From: a virus
Virus genome (UHGV): UHGV-1353844
Direction: 5' to 3' (one strand)
DNA length: 64,000 nucleotides
A program made the translations under genes and the position numbers. Shown here piece after piece: positions 45,251 through 56,057 of the stretch; the stretch's first letter is position 1, and each line of letters opens with the position of its first letter. Below the pieces are notes generated by a model, which saw only the letters and a list, made by a program, of their open reading frames with translations, had not been told where the DNA came from and ran no database searches.

Positions 45251-46357
45251 TTAAAGAACTGGCTGTGCGCCAGAGCGATACGCTTCAATGATTTTGTTCA
45301 CATCGGCGCTACCGGACTTCGCTTTGCTGAAATCGGATTTATCAAGTTCCTGAGAACCGTTCTGACCACGAGTATAAATAGTAACGCGGTTCCACGCGGT
45401 GTCCACTACCACGTAATAGACGGTTAAGGTGTCTTTGAAGACACGTTGACGAATATTGAAATCGTCAAACTCACCGCCTAGCTGGGCAGTCAGGCCGTCG
45501 ATAGTGTCTTGAGAAACCACCATAACAGAAGAAGCGTTATTAATAGACGGTGCCAGCGTCAGCAAGCCAGACAGCCAGTTGCCGTTTTTCTTCTCCATCA
45601 TCTTACGATAGTAACCTGACTTATCGCGATAACGGTTCTTACGGTATTCTTCTACCAGGTCGTTACAGAACGCAATGTCTTTAACATAGCTCAGTGCACC
45701 TACACGCGCACGCAGCCAACGTTCCCAGAACGTTTTCGTCTGGTCGCTGAATGCAATCAGGGTTTCAATCTGCTCAGTCGGAAGAGACTTAACGTCCAAA
45801 CGTAAACGCATTGGAAGTTCGACTTTATTACCGTCACGTTCAAACGTTACAGAGAACATTTTCCCGTTAGACAGCCCTTCCTGATCGAACAGTTGTTTAA
45901 TCGGGTCTGCTTTACCACCGGTAACGGAACCTTTGGATTCCTGTGCGACACGGCGGGTGGATTCACCCACAGCAATGCCGATTTTATCGTATGATGGTAA
46001 TCCGAGGCGGGAAGATTCGCCGACTGCCAGTGCTGCTAAGCGTGAGCCGCTACGCACTGCGTTATCGAGTGCGCTACGACGGGTACTTACTTGATCTAGC
46101 GTACCGATAATATCAACGTCAGGCACACCCGTTAACAGCGAGATTGCAGTAAGTTGGTTTCCTGCCAGCAAAACTTGGATTTTCTCCAGAATTCCCGGAA
46201 GGTAATCTAAACCCAGCAGGCTTTGTTCGACTAAGGTAATGTGCTCGTTATAGAGCACTGAGTTAAATTCCTCCGTCGACTCCGCACGCGAACGAAACAG
46301 CATGGGAAGTCTGGAGAGGAAAGAGACAACGCTTGTCTCAAACGTTTTTTCTAACAT
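45251..46357 (-). CDS. hypothetical protein (368 aa)
   Basis: ORF track; divergent from plus gene at 46384. Confidence 0.6.
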   Translation of the reverse strand: MLEKTFETSVVSFLSRLPMLFRSRAESTEEFNSVLYNEHITLVEQSLLGLDYLPGILEKIQVLLAGNQLTAISLLTGVPDVDIIGTLDQVSTRRSALDNAVRSGSRLAALAVGESSRLGLPSYDKIGIAVGESTRRVAQESKGSVTGGKADPIKQLFDQEGLSNGKMFSVTFERDGNKVELPMRLRLDVKSLPTEQIETLIAFSDQTKTFWERWLRARVGALSYVKDIAFCNDLVEEYRKNRYRDKSGYYRKMMEKKNGNWLSGLLTLAPSINNASSVMVVSQDTIDGLTAQLGGEFDDFNIRQRVFKDTLTVYYVVVDTAWNRVTIYTRGQNGSQELDKSDFSKAKSGSADVNKIIEAYRSGAQPVL

Positions 46358-46383
46358 TTTCCTAATGAACTCCGGAGTTAAAG

Positions 46384-47688
46384 ATGAGTGACGAGACAGA
46401 TAAGAACGATCCGGGGTATGACCCGAATACTGATTACGACGATTCTCTCCACAATCCGAATAACGCAGATGCGGTGCCTTCTGTTGCCGGGTATTTTAAT
46501 AACCGACTCAGCAACAACAATCCGGCGACACCTTACGATGCAAACACCGAACTTACGGCATGGAACGATCGTATTCGCCTTACTGTAGGTTTGGGTCTTG
46601 CTGCGCAGCGTTTGACCAACCCCTACATGGGGTTCAACCATATGATGGCGTCTAACCCCACGCCAATCAACCGAGAATACGGTGGTCTAACATTTATTAC
46701 CCGGCCCGATTTCAACCTGTGCTACGACAACATTGCCAAGTCGCGTAAAATGTCAAACATGGCATTGCAGCCGAAGGACTCTTTAGATTATTCGATACTT
46801 GCTGCTCTCGACCCTGATTTCGAATTAGGGTTTTCGGACTCACCTGTTGAGAGCAAAACGGGGATACGAAGAAACCGCTTAGGTACTCCGTTTATGCCGC
46901 AGGTAAGATTCGATAATCTACAAGCGTTCATACCAATACTCAGTACACAGCTGATCAGTTTAAGCGGAACACCCGATCAGTCCGTCGATAACTGGATGGC
47001 CAGTGAAGGTTTGATGCGTGAACAATGGGGTATGGTTGATTCTACGCACGAAATCAACAACGCGTTCTCTGTGTCAATGTCCCTAAACAACCCCTACGGT
47101 GACCCATTAATGAGAATGATGGGCGTGTGGTTGGAGTATATGGCGGGTGTTAAGATGGGTAAGTTCCGTCCGAAGATGCGCAACTCCATCCAACGACGCA
47201 TTGATTACCAGTCACGTATCTACGGTCTACGTTACGATGCGTTAGGGAACATTACCCGTTTCTGGACAATTTGTGTGGCCTGGCCGATGAACGATAATGC
47301 GGGACAAATGGCGAACGTCGATAACTCAAAACCGCAGTTAAACGACGACGTGACGATTAACATCAACTGGCAAGCAATCGGGGCACGGTTTAACGATCCG
47401 CTTTACATGGAGATGTTCAACAAAACCGTTGGGATGTTTAACCCAGATATGCTCCCACAACCCGGCTCAGTCGCTTCGGGGAATTTTATCCCGATGGCCA
47501 GCAGCCAACTTGTTCCTATCGCGCCACAGTTATTGCCTTTATTTAACTATTACGGTTATCCACATATCGATTCCGTACGGCGCAAGCTTACCTGGTATGT
47601 CTACCAAGCAGACTATCAATATATTCTCAAGAAAGCAGGATTACTTGACAGTGTCAATGGTCTTGTTACAGAGGCAGGTACTAACTGA
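46384..47688 (+). CDS. hypothetical protein (434 aa, N/Q/P-rich), possible virion protein
   Basis: ORF track; GGAG RBS; stop overlaps next start (ATGA). Confidence 0.6.
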   Translation: MSDETDKNDPGYDPNTDYDDSLHNPNNADAVPSVAGYFNNRLSNNNPATPYDANTELTAWNDRIRLTVGLGLAAQRLTNPYMGFNHMMASNPTPINREYGGLTFITRPDFNLCYDNIAKSRKMSNMALQPKDSLDYSILAALDPDFELGFSDSPVESKTGIRRNRLGTPFMPQVRFDNLQAFIPILSTQLISLSGTPDQSVDNWMASEGLMREQWGMVDSTHEINNAFSVSMSLNNPYGDPLMRMMGVWLEYMAGVKMGKFRPKMRNSIQRRIDYQSRIYGLRYDALGNITRFWTICVAWPMNDNAGQMANVDNSKPQLNDDVTININWQAIGARFNDPLYMEMFNKTVGMFNPDMLPQPGSVASGNFIPMASSQLVPIAPQLLPLFNYYGYPHIDSVRRKLTWYVYQADYQYILKKAGLLDSVNGLVTEAGTN

Positions 47689-50642
47689 TGAGTTCAACAA
47701 CTTACGATACTTTGGCAAAGAAACTTCTGCTGTTCGCACACAACCCTGCGGCGATGCAGACAATGCTGCTAAACCAGCTTCAAGATGTTGAAGATGCCGA
47801 TGGTCAGATTTATCTCCGCGACCCTACCGACCCTGTCGTTTATTTGGCAGAAATGGGAACAATGATGGGACACGCTACATTGATGGGACTCCAGGAATCT
47901 ATTCCTAAAACGTTCCCGTCAATGGCGCAGACGTACGATGACCTGTTCCGACACATGTCAGACGTGGATTACGTTGACGTCTTTGCACAACCTGCTACTA
48001 CAGAGCTGTTACTGTTAATTGACGTTGACAGCTTAATCTCAAAAGCGTACCCGTTGCAAATCGCAGGGGTTCGTAAAGTCGTTATCCCACGTGACACGGT
48101 CTTTACGGTTTCTGGTTACACGTTTGCTATTCAATATCCAATTGAAATCCGTGTGCTTCCATACGGAACGAACGAGAACCCGGCTTTCCAGGTACTGTGG
48201 ATTACTGAAACACAATCGCCGATTTCACCGGTTTCCACAAACGCACTGGAATGGGAACTAACGTCCACTAACACAACGTCCTCACAACTGCTGGCTATCC
48301 ATATCCCGGTGATGCAGTATGCAGTGAAAGAAGAAAGTAACACCGTCGAAGGTAACAACACTTTCGTCATGACCCGTGCTTACACTAACAAGTTCTTCTA
48401 CGTTCGTGTTTGGATGAAGGCAACGGGCAGCAACAAGTGGGTAGAGATTCAGCACACCCACAGTCGCGATGTTTACGACCCGAACACACCAACGGCATTG
48501 ATTCAGGTGGGTAACGGTAATATCCGTTGTACGATTCCGTCTATTTACATGGCGAAGAATCTCGTCAGTGGGACTATCAGGATGGACGTCTATACGACCT
48601 TAGGGCCGTTGGAGCTGGACATCTCTGCATACCCGTCTGATGAGTATAGTTTCAGTCTACGTGACCTAAACGAAGAGTACGACGCGAACTATATCAACCC
48701 GATTAAGGCGTTCTCTATTAAACAGCTTGCAGCAAAAGCTGGGAAGATGCTATCGGGTGGTCGAAGTCAGCTTTCGTTCAGTGATTTACGTACTCGTGTT
48801 GTTAACAACGCCGTGGGTGCACGTAAACTGCCCGTGACAGAAAAGCAGCTTGAGGCTACGGTTTCTGATTACGGTCTCACGTTGTCTAAACCTAACGACT
48901 ACGTGACCAGTCGTACGTACTTCATGACCGCACCGATGTTGGAATCGACGATTGCTAACGTCAGTTCACCGATAGGGACGATTACTGCCCCGTTCTATTT
49001 CTCCTGGAACGAGCTGGTTAATCTCCCGACAGTGAAAGTTAACGGTAATCGCCTGACCATTCTTCCTGACACGCTGTATCGTTTTACGGATACCAGCCTG
49101 ACTGTAGATGCCGAAATGACGGTGTTAGCGAAGACCATGCGTAAGGAAGACCTGATTAACGCAGCAAACACCAACCGGTATTTGTTTACACCGTTCCATT
49201 ACGTTGTCGACATTAACAACAAAGCGATTGACGTGCGTATTTACCAGTTGGATAAACCGCTATTAAACTCCAAACGCTTTATTGCGACCAACGTCTCGAC
49301 GGAGCTCAGCGTCGTTACCGCTGACTACACTATCGAGAAAACGGAAGCAGGTTATGTGTTGCGTACGGTCACAAAGTCAGAAGCACCTTACCAAGCACTG
49401 ACTGATGATCAAGTTTTTGCGCAGCTGTCTTTCCGTCCTCGTAATTCCGATAACACCTTGGCGTACATTAACGGTACGTTAGTCGGTAAGCAAGGCAGTG
49501 AACGTGTTTGGGAGTTCTTGCTAGAAACTAACCTGGACGTTGACCGTAACGACGAACTGGTACTGACCAACACCCGTATTAACGGAAGTAACCCAACGGA
49601 AACCCCTGTCGCACTGCTGACAGATTTTAACCTGTTCTACGGTTGTACAGGTTATTACCCTGGGAACTACGAACGTGTAGAGATGGATTCGTTAATCACA
49701 GCGCCTTCTCGCGACGCTATCGGTATTACTCACGAGATATTCAAAATCGAACTGGGTAAAGCAATGACGTACTATTGGCGTAAAGCTCGTGCTGTTACTG
49801 ACAGCATCAACTACGAGTATTACGACAAAGACGTGTTAGCGACGTGGGAAATTGACGTGGTGAAACGTGATGAGAATGGGGTTCCGGTTTACACGTACGA
49901 CGCAGGCCGTACACCACCGCTACAAATCACTTACGAACACCGTAAAGGCGATCCTAAGCTTGACGAAACCGGCCAACAGATTATCCTCCACCACGAAGGG
50001 GACTTAGTAAAAGACGAGTACGGTAATCCTAAGATTGCGAAATCTCGTTCTATTAAGTTCCGTAGTGAAATGGCGGTCTTCGACGCGCGGTATAAATTCG
50101 CTACCACAGCGTCCGCGAAATCCTATCTGAACGCAGTTATTGAGAATATCGTTAACTACGTGACCGTGGTTCTACCGACGTTAAAACCGATGTTGTTAGA
50201 GCGTACGGAAGGGTATTTCGTTCCTATCACCACGATGGGTTATATCGATGCACGTACCGAAGACGGGGTGGTTACGCCGATACCGGCTGAAAACCAGTTT
50301 ACCGTTCGTTATTACCTGACTGCGGCTAACCGTAGCAACAGCGATCTGTTAACGCAGATTCGTAAGAAAACGTCTCAAGTTATCAACGACTACTTGGGTT
50401 CACATCTTACTATCTCGGCAACAGAGATTGGTAATAAGCTCAGCGAAACGCTTGACACGTCGATTATCGGCGTTGAGTTGGATGCGATGGGGCCAGACAA
50501 AGACATGCGTCTGTTTACTGTGGTATCCGAAGCTGCACGCGCAACGATTGGTAAGAAACTGGATATTGAAGCCAGTGGAGACATCGGTCTGAAAGACGAT
50601 GTTGTTATCGTTTACAACCGTCACGACACCACCGCAGACTAA
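47688..50642 (+). CDS. large hypothetical protein (984 aa), possible structural protein
   Basis: ORF track; coupled to upstream gene; bidirectional terminator 50657-50684. Confidence 0.65.
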   Translation: MSSTTYDTLAKKLLLFAHNPAAMQTMLLNQLQDVEDADGQIYLRDPTDPVVYLAEMGTMMGHATLMGLQESIPKTFPSMAQTYDDLFRHMSDVDYVDVFAQPATTELLLLIDVDSLISKAYPLQIAGVRKVVIPRDTVFTVSGYTFAIQYPIEIRVLPYGTNENPAFQVLWITETQSPISPVSTNALEWELTSTNTTSSQLLAIHIPVMQYAVKEESNTVEGNNTFVMTRAYTNKFFYVRVWMKATGSNKWVEIQHTHSRDVYDPNTPTALIQVGNGNIRCTIPSIYMAKNLVSGTIRMDVYTTLGPLELDISAYPSDEYSFSLRDLNEEYDANYINPIKAFSIKQLAAKAGKMLSGGRSQLSFSDLRTRVVNNAVGARKLPVTEKQLEATVSDYGLTLSKPNDYVTSRTYFMTAPMLESTIANVSSPIGTITAPFYFSWNELVNLPTVKVNGNRLTILPDTLYRFTDTSLTVDAEMTVLAKTMRKEDLINAANTNRYLFTPFHYVVDINNKAIDVRIYQLDKPLLNSKRFIATNVSTELSVVTADYTIEKTEAGYVLRTVTKSEAPYQALTDDQVFAQLSFRPRNSDNTLAYINGTLVGKQGSERVWEFLLETNLDVDRNDELVLTNTRINGSNPTETPVALLTDFNLFYGCTGYYPGNYERVEMDSLITAPSRDAIGITHEIFKIELGKAMTYYWRKARAVTDSINYEYYDKDVLATWEIDVVKRDENGVPVYTYDAGRTPPLQITYEHRKGDPKLDETGQQIILHHEGDLVKDEYGNPKIAKSRSIKFRSEMAVFDARYKFATTASAKSYLNAVIENIVNYVTVVLPTLKPMLLERTEGYFVPITTMGYIDARTEDGVVTPIPAENQFTVRYYLTAANRSNSDLLTQIRKKTSQVINDYLGSHLTISATEIGNKLSETLDTSIIGVELDAMGPDKDMRLFTVVSEAARATIGKKLDIEASGDIGLKDDVVIVYNRHDTTAD

Positions 50643-50656
50643 AAAAATAAAAAGCT

Positions 50657-50684
50657 ACCCTACTCCCGAAAAGGAGTAGGGTAC
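50657..50684. terminator. bidirectional terminator (twin of 56016-56042)
   Basis: TACCCTACTCC-cgaaaa-GGAGTAGGGTA flanked by A-run and T-run; between convergent genes. Confidence 0.6.
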
Positions 50685-50693
50685 TTCTTTTTT

Positions 50694-52367
50694 TTAGTCG
50701 ACGAGTTTATTAAACTTCCCACCTTTTACCAGTGGGTTGTTCTTAGCCCGTTTCAGAATCGTCGCCAGCGCACCGGCGGCAGTTGTCCAGGACTTAATCA
50801 GTTCCGTCGTAAACGCAACAGAATCCCACACGTTTCGGTCTGGGTCCATCACGGTCATCGTCGTCAATTCACGACCAAAGCCCAATTCGTACAGATCTGA
50901 ACGTTGTGCTTCATCACGGAACGCTTGTTCCATCATCTGCCAAGCTTTGCTGTTCATACCAGAACGCGATTGGCGAGACATGTCTTTCAACTGGCTAACC
51001 ACTTTCTCGATCTGTTTCTCCACCACTTTGAAGCGGTCGAGAGACGTATCGGCCGGTCCTTTAGTAATCCCGCTACGGACTAACGTAATCAGACACGCTA
51101 ACAGTTCACGAGAATCACCGCTGGTAAAGCTCAGCTCCTGGCGCATAATTTCCATGTTAGCCGCAGAACCGAAATACGAGTTAACCCCCGCAGAAGCGAT
51201 GATGAATCCATTACCGAACTCGCGAGACGAATAGCCGATTAAGTCACGATCGGATTTCACCATAATCGTTGGTAGCGGTGCACCACGACACGATGCAAAA
51301 TCGGTTAACGCTATTTCAATTTCACCGTTAAGCAACGCCAGTGCTTGAACGATGCCCGTTGCACTAATGCGGTTTTCTTGATCCGTACCCAGCGTGCGGT
51401 CACCCGAGAAGTAATACGTCTTGAGGTCTTTTAACGACTGTTCTAGACGTTTTAACCCTGCGGAGAAGTTCTCCAGGTTTCTTCCCATCTGGCGGTAGAA
51501 CGCTTCGTTAGGAATGTTGACACCTGCTTTACGAACGTCCGCCGGTAAACCTTTGTACACTTCGTCACAAACCTGCTGACTGAATACCGCACAACCGATA
51601 TTAGTACGCAGCAACGTATCGAGGATATCGTGGATAACCTGCTGTTCATTCTGACGACGTTTCGTGTAGTCTTTAAACATCCCTACGAACGGAGAACGTC
51701 CCAGAGCTGCGCTAAGCTTATTCAACAGGTCTTCTGCGTTCATGTTCGTCAGGACTTCATCGGCCATCAGAATAGCCAATTCCAGGTTATTCAGTTCGCC
51801 GTCCTTCAGTCCCTTCGACGCGTCCATATACGCTTCTTTCAGCGCGGTAATTTTCAGACGTTCAATGAAAGGAACCGCATCGATCTTCTCTAAGAGCTTG
51901 TCACGATACTCGTCCCCATCCACGTCAGCAGCCCCTGCAAACGGTACAGCGTTACTGATAATCCAGTTCAGGATTTTCATAATCCCCATCATTACCATCA
52001 CGATAAGACTGATCTTACCGAAGTTTGCGTAAGACTCTAACGCGATGACGGTTTCTTTCTGATGGGTACGGCTGTAATTCGACGTCAGGATGCTTTGCAC
52101 TGCTTTTGGAATAGTACCCGGACGCAAAGATTCCGTCGCTACGGCAACGTCACGGTTTAGACCCGCTTTACGAACTTCACGAAGAATCGCTTCAATCTGC
52201 GCGATAATACGTGAACCGTAAATCAAATCGGCTTCGTTACGCTGCATGTAGAGGTTGAGCTGGCTGACAGAATCGATACGTTCTTCCATTCGCTGTTCGA
52301 TAATGGTTGGAAGTTCGTCGAGTTTCCATTGCGGCTGTGCAATGTTTGCTGTCATTTCCATGCTCAT
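50694..52367 (-). CDS. hypothetical protein (557 aa)
   Basis: ORF track; convergent with plus gene across terminator. Confidence 0.6.
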   Translation of the reverse strand: MSMEMTANIAQPQWKLDELPTIIEQRMEERIDSVSQLNLYMQRNEADLIYGSRIIAQIEAILREVRKAGLNRDVAVATESLRPGTIPKAVQSILTSNYSRTHQKETVIALESYANFGKISLIVMVMMGIMKILNWIISNAVPFAGAADVDGDEYRDKLLEKIDAVPFIERLKITALKEAYMDASKGLKDGELNNLELAILMADEVLTNMNAEDLLNKLSAALGRSPFVGMFKDYTKRRQNEQQVIHDILDTLLRTNIGCAVFSQQVCDEVYKGLPADVRKAGVNIPNEAFYRQMGRNLENFSAGLKRLEQSLKDLKTYYFSGDRTLGTDQENRISATGIVQALALLNGEIEIALTDFASCRGAPLPTIMVKSDRDLIGYSSREFGNGFIIASAGVNSYFGSAANMEIMRQELSFTSGDSRELLACLITLVRSGITKGPADTSLDRFKVVEKQIEKVVSQLKDMSRQSRSGMNSKAWQMMEQAFRDEAQRSDLYELGFGRELTTMTVMDPDRNVWDSVAFTTELIKSWTTAAGALATILKRAKNNPLVKGGKFNKLVD

Positions 52368-52807
52368 GATAATTTGCCTCGCGTTTCATCCATGTAGAAT
52401 TTCACTGCGTCGACAAAACGTTCCAGCCACAGGTTGACGGTGTTCCAAACGTCATCACCTAAGGCTTCGTTGAAAATCTCACGTACGGAGAAATTTTCAA
52501 TTGCACGACGTCCGCCCCAGGCGCTGTCGTAACGGTTACAGAACAACGCAACGGTCAGGTCTTCAATAGTACCTAAGTCAACGCAGTAAAGTTCGTTAAC
52601 GTCGGATACCACGTTTTTCATCAGTGGTCGAAGTTTGATTTGTGAAACTTCGTTAGAACCATACGGTCCGTTGTCCGGCATATCAGCATTATACGCCAGC
52701 GAGAATGCAACCAGGCCAGTCAGGGCACGCTGCGCCTGAACACCTTTACCTTCGTTAGCACGTTTAAAATCCAGAACTAACGAATTCAGAGAAACTTTAT
52801 GCGTCAT
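52364..52807 (-). CDS. hypothetical protein (147 aa)
   Basis: ORF track; stop overlaps next start. Confidence 0.5.
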   Translation of the reverse strand: MTHKVSLNSLVLDFKRANEGKGVQAQRALTGLVAFSLAYNADMPDNGPYGSNEVSQIKLRPLMKNVVSDVNELYCVDLGTIEDLTVALFCNRYDSAWGGRRAIENFSVREIFNEALGDDVWNTVNLWLERFVDAVKFYMDETRGKLS

Positions 52808-52821
52808 GGTTTTACCTTTAC

Positions 52822-54189
52822 TTAATCGACGTTAAACATGGCAGATGCGATACGGAGGTCATTCGACATATACTTCCCGATAGCGCGCTGATAATCCACC
52901 GCAGCGCGGTCACGACGCCCTTTCGGTGTCAGCGTCTTCCAGATAAACTGATACAGGTTATCTTTGTCTTTAACCGTAAGGAGAATTCGATCAATTACCG
53001 CGATACCATCCAGAATACGTTTACGTTGCTCGTTAGCCGCTTTCGTGTTTTTGTCTTTGATGGTATTCAGTTCTTCTACCAGCGTACGGCGCATCGCTTC
53101 AAAACGTTCCTGCGGCGGATCGTAGATGGTGTTATCTGGGTCGTTCAGAATCATGCCAAACGTAACAGAGATAACCGGAAGAATCGGAATGGCGGCTTGG
53201 GCAATCAGCGCAGTCACACGGAACAACTCAATCGTCAAATGGACACCCATGTTCATATACGACGAGTTACGCAGTAGATAGAACGGGCTGGTTTCCATTT
53301 TGTACAGCGCGGAAGCTAAGTACGGGGCCGCACCGAAGCGGGCAGCGAAGTCGTCAGCAGCACGTTCCCAGGTACGGTTTGCAAAGCCTTGACTACCGGT
53401 AATGAACGGACGGTCTAGCAGCAAATCTGTTACCAGATGCATGTAGACGTTTTCTTTCTTGTACTCAGTGCAGATGGTCTCAGGCTGATTCACTTTCGTG
53501 TTCAGCATTCGTTCAACGTCTTTAACCACACGTAAACGAACAGCTGGGTCTTCGCTTTCCATGATGCGGTTAGCCGCAGCGTCTGCCAGTAAATCCGTTA
53601 CCACGGTACGCATTAGCGTACGGAAGTAATAATAAACGTGCCCGACTTCGTGAAGGATTACCGAAGCAACTTCCAAATCGGTGAGCTCCAGTTTCTCCAA
53701 CAGCACCGGAGTCAGGTAAAGCGGGGAACTGACTTTGCTCAAGTCGCCGCTGATTTTCGCACTGGAATCGTCAATGCTGCTGTTCAGTTCGTTTTCTTTA
53801 ATAAACTTACTGTACATGTCCAGGTCTTTATTGCCTGCGTACAGTGCACGCGCCATTGACGCAATGACCGGACTGTTCGCGTCCAGCTTAGGCGGTTCTA
53901 TGCCTGCGAAGGCAACGTCGAATAATCCGAGTTCGCTACCGTTCTTAAAGTTAATGCTAATGCCGTTGGTTTTAAATACCCAATCAGAAACGCCAGAGCT
54001 CTCGTAACCGGCCGGACTGAAGTCTCCGGCTGCACGAAATTTAGCAATAATGTCTGCCAGTTCTGCGAGTTTCTTTTTATCTTGGAATTTAATTGATTCT
54101 GCGGCTACAACCTTTGCATCCGCAACTGATGCAATGTGATTTTGCCAGTATCCCATTTGTGTTTCCTTTTGAGAAATTACATTACCCAC
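52822..54189 (-). CDS. HExxH zinc-metallopeptidase-like protein with hydrophobic segment
   Basis: Motif VASVILHEVGHVYYYF; downstream acidic WERAADDF; hydrophobic stretch LTIELFRVTALIAQAAIPILPVISVTFGMIL. Confidence 0.55.
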   Translation of the reverse strand: MGNVISQKETQMGYWQNHIASVADAKVVAAESIKFQDKKKLAELADIIAKFRAAGDFSPAGYESSGVSDWVFKTNGISINFKNGSELGLFDVAFAGIEPPKLDANSPVIASMARALYAGNKDLDMYSKFIKENELNSSIDDSSAKISGDLSKVSSPLYLTPVLLEKLELTDLEVASVILHEVGHVYYYFRTLMRTVVTDLLADAAANRIMESEDPAVRLRVVKDVERMLNTKVNQPETICTEYKKENVYMHLVTDLLLDRPFITGSQGFANRTWERAADDFAARFGAAPYLASALYKMETSPFYLLRNSSYMNMGVHLTIELFRVTALIAQAAIPILPVISVTFGMILNDPDNTIYDPPQERFEAMRRTLVEELNTIKDKNTKAANEQRKRILDGIAVIDRILLTVKDKDNLYQFIWKTLTPKGRRDRAAVDYQRAIGKYMSNDLRIASAMFNVD

Positions 54190-54227
54190 AAATCAGTATA
54201 GCAGCCGCTAGATTTGAGAGTGAAAAC

Positions 54228-56009
54228 ATGAATAACTATTACGCACCGGAAGACGTTATTGCCAAAGAGTGCAAATTTGTTTCGTACGCAACCGATCAGC
54301 AGAAAGAAAACGACTTCGTGCTCATAAAGGAGGTCGTCCATACTAAAGATGGCAGATTCATCCCGCGTATCGTCATGCGTGAAAATCTGAAACGGCCTAT
54401 CTACATTACTTTACCACAACACCGTAACCATCAAGAAAAGAAAGAATACGAAGAACGTAGCAAGTGTCAGGAATACATGACCACGGATGTGATGATGTCG
54501 CAAACTATCCAGATGGGTCTAGGGGCAAGATTTCCTGACAAAAAACGTTCATTACGTCAAGTCTGTACCTCTCCGTACGTTTACTGGGCTGACTTACCTA
54601 TCACCAGCTGGATTAAAGAAAGGTATGTAAAGAAATGGCCTAACGCTGTTTCACCTAACCGTATTTGTGTATACGACGTGGAAACTCGAGAAGAAGACAA
54701 ATCTCGAGACCCTTGGATTATGAGTTTTGTTTTGGATGACGAAATTCATTTCTTCGCAACGAAAGACTACGTTGCGCGTTGTGGTCGTGAGAACTTCGAA
54801 ACGCGACTAATTAAACGTGCTCAGGAGTTACTTTCTAAAATTGCTTTTCGTGGCAAAGACAAAGAAGGCAATTCTAAGACCGAAATCAAGGACGTTATCG
54901 CTGGATATAAAATCTTCGTTTACGAATGCTTAAACTCTGGCTGCTGTATTCAACGCATGTTTGAAGAGATTCACCCTCGTCTACCTGACTTATTAGTTGC
55001 ATGGAACCACGAGTTCGATATTTCACGCATGTTAGAAGCACTAGAAGCCGCAGGGATTCCACCGGAAGACGTCTTTTGTCATCCTGATGTACCGAAACAA
55101 TACCGTCGTGTTTACTTCAAGAAAGACGAAGCATCGAAGAAAACGGAATCGAAATCACTGACCAAAGCGCCTTCACAACAGTGGCACGTACTTTATTGTA
55201 CCGCATCGTTCTACTGTGTGGATGCAATGTGTCTGTTCCGTTCACTGAGGGTTCACGAAGGTCAACGTCCTTCTTACAAACTTAACGCTATTCTGGAAAC
55301 CGAACTGGGCTTAAACAAGTTAGACTTGCCAGAGCTGCCTTACGAGGAGAAACTGGAATGGCACTTAAAAGCACAGAAAGAGTTCCCGCTCGAATACTGC
55401 GTTTATAACATCTTCGATAACCTAATGATTGTGTTGTTGGATAAAAAGACGAACGACTTGTCTTCGGCAATTTCCGTACTGGCAGGTTATTCGATGTACG
55501 ATATCTTCCCTTCGTTACCGAAACGTATTTGTATTGCTTACACCTATTACCTTTATGAACAAGGATTAGTTATCGGTTGTGTAGGTAGTGCAATGCGTAA
55601 TGATTTCGATGAAGAGGTTATCGGTACGGACGGTTGGATTGTTACGTTAACTGCGTGTATGAACGCAGAAAACGGGCTAAGAGGAATCATTAAAGAGTTT
55701 GATGATTTCTACACTGCTTTCCGTGGGCAAACCGCAGATGCGGACTTAACTCAGGCGTATCCTTCTGCAACGAACATGATGAACCAGTCTCGTGAAACAA
55801 CGTTAATCGAGTTGCTGAGTATTCATGGTGTTCCTGAAGAAGTACGACGTCGCGTAGGGATTAACCTTACCGCAGGACGAGTTAATGCAATGGAAATCGC
55901 AACAGACTTCTTCTTACTGCCAGATAAGAACGTTGTGCTAGAAGCGTTCTTACGTCGTCAGGGAGAAACCATTACCGATCCGTTTGAATACATCAAAACC
56001 ACTCACTAA
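54228..56009 (+). CDS. hypothetical protein (~593 aa) with DxE and YNxFD exonuclease-like motifs
   Basis: Track ORF shortened to M46 (MNNYYAPEDV) to clear the divergent minus gene; motifs VYDVETREED and YNIFDNLMIV; function speculative. Confidence 0.55.
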   Translation: MNNYYAPEDVIAKECKFVSYATDQQKENDFVLIKEVVHTKDGRFIPRIVMRENLKRPIYITLPQHRNHQEKKEYEERSKCQEYMTTDVMMSQTIQMGLGARFPDKKRSLRQVCTSPYVYWADLPITSWIKERYVKKWPNAVSPNRICVYDVETREEDKSRDPWIMSFVLDDEIHFFATKDYVARCGRENFETRLIKRAQELLSKIAFRGKDKEGNSKTEIKDVIAGYKIFVYECLNSGCCIQRMFEEIHPRLPDLLVAWNHEFDISRMLEALEAAGIPPEDVFCHPDVPKQYRRVYFKKDEASKKTESKSLTKAPSQQWHVLYCTASFYCVDAMCLFRSLRVHEGQRPSYKLNAILETELGLNKLDLPELPYEEKLEWHLKAQKEFPLEYCVYNIFDNLMIVLLDKKTNDLSSAISVLAGYSMYDIFPSLPKRICIAYTYYLYEQGLVIGCVGSAMRNDFDEEVIGTDGWIVTLTACMNAENGLRGIIKEFDDFYTAFRGQTADADLTQAYPSATNMMNQSRETTLIELLSIHGVPEEVRRRVGINLTAGRVNAMEIATDFFLLPDKNVVLEAFLRRQGETITDPFEYIKTTH

Positions 56010-56015
56010 GAAAAA

Positions 56016-56042
56016 ATAAAAGCTACCCTACTCCTTTCGGGA
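56016..56042. terminator. bidirectional terminator (twin of 50657-50684, loop inverted)
   Basis: Same 24-nt upstream flank and stem, loop tttcg instead of cgaaaa. Confidence 0.6.
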
Positions 56043-56057
56043 GTAGGGTAATGCTTA

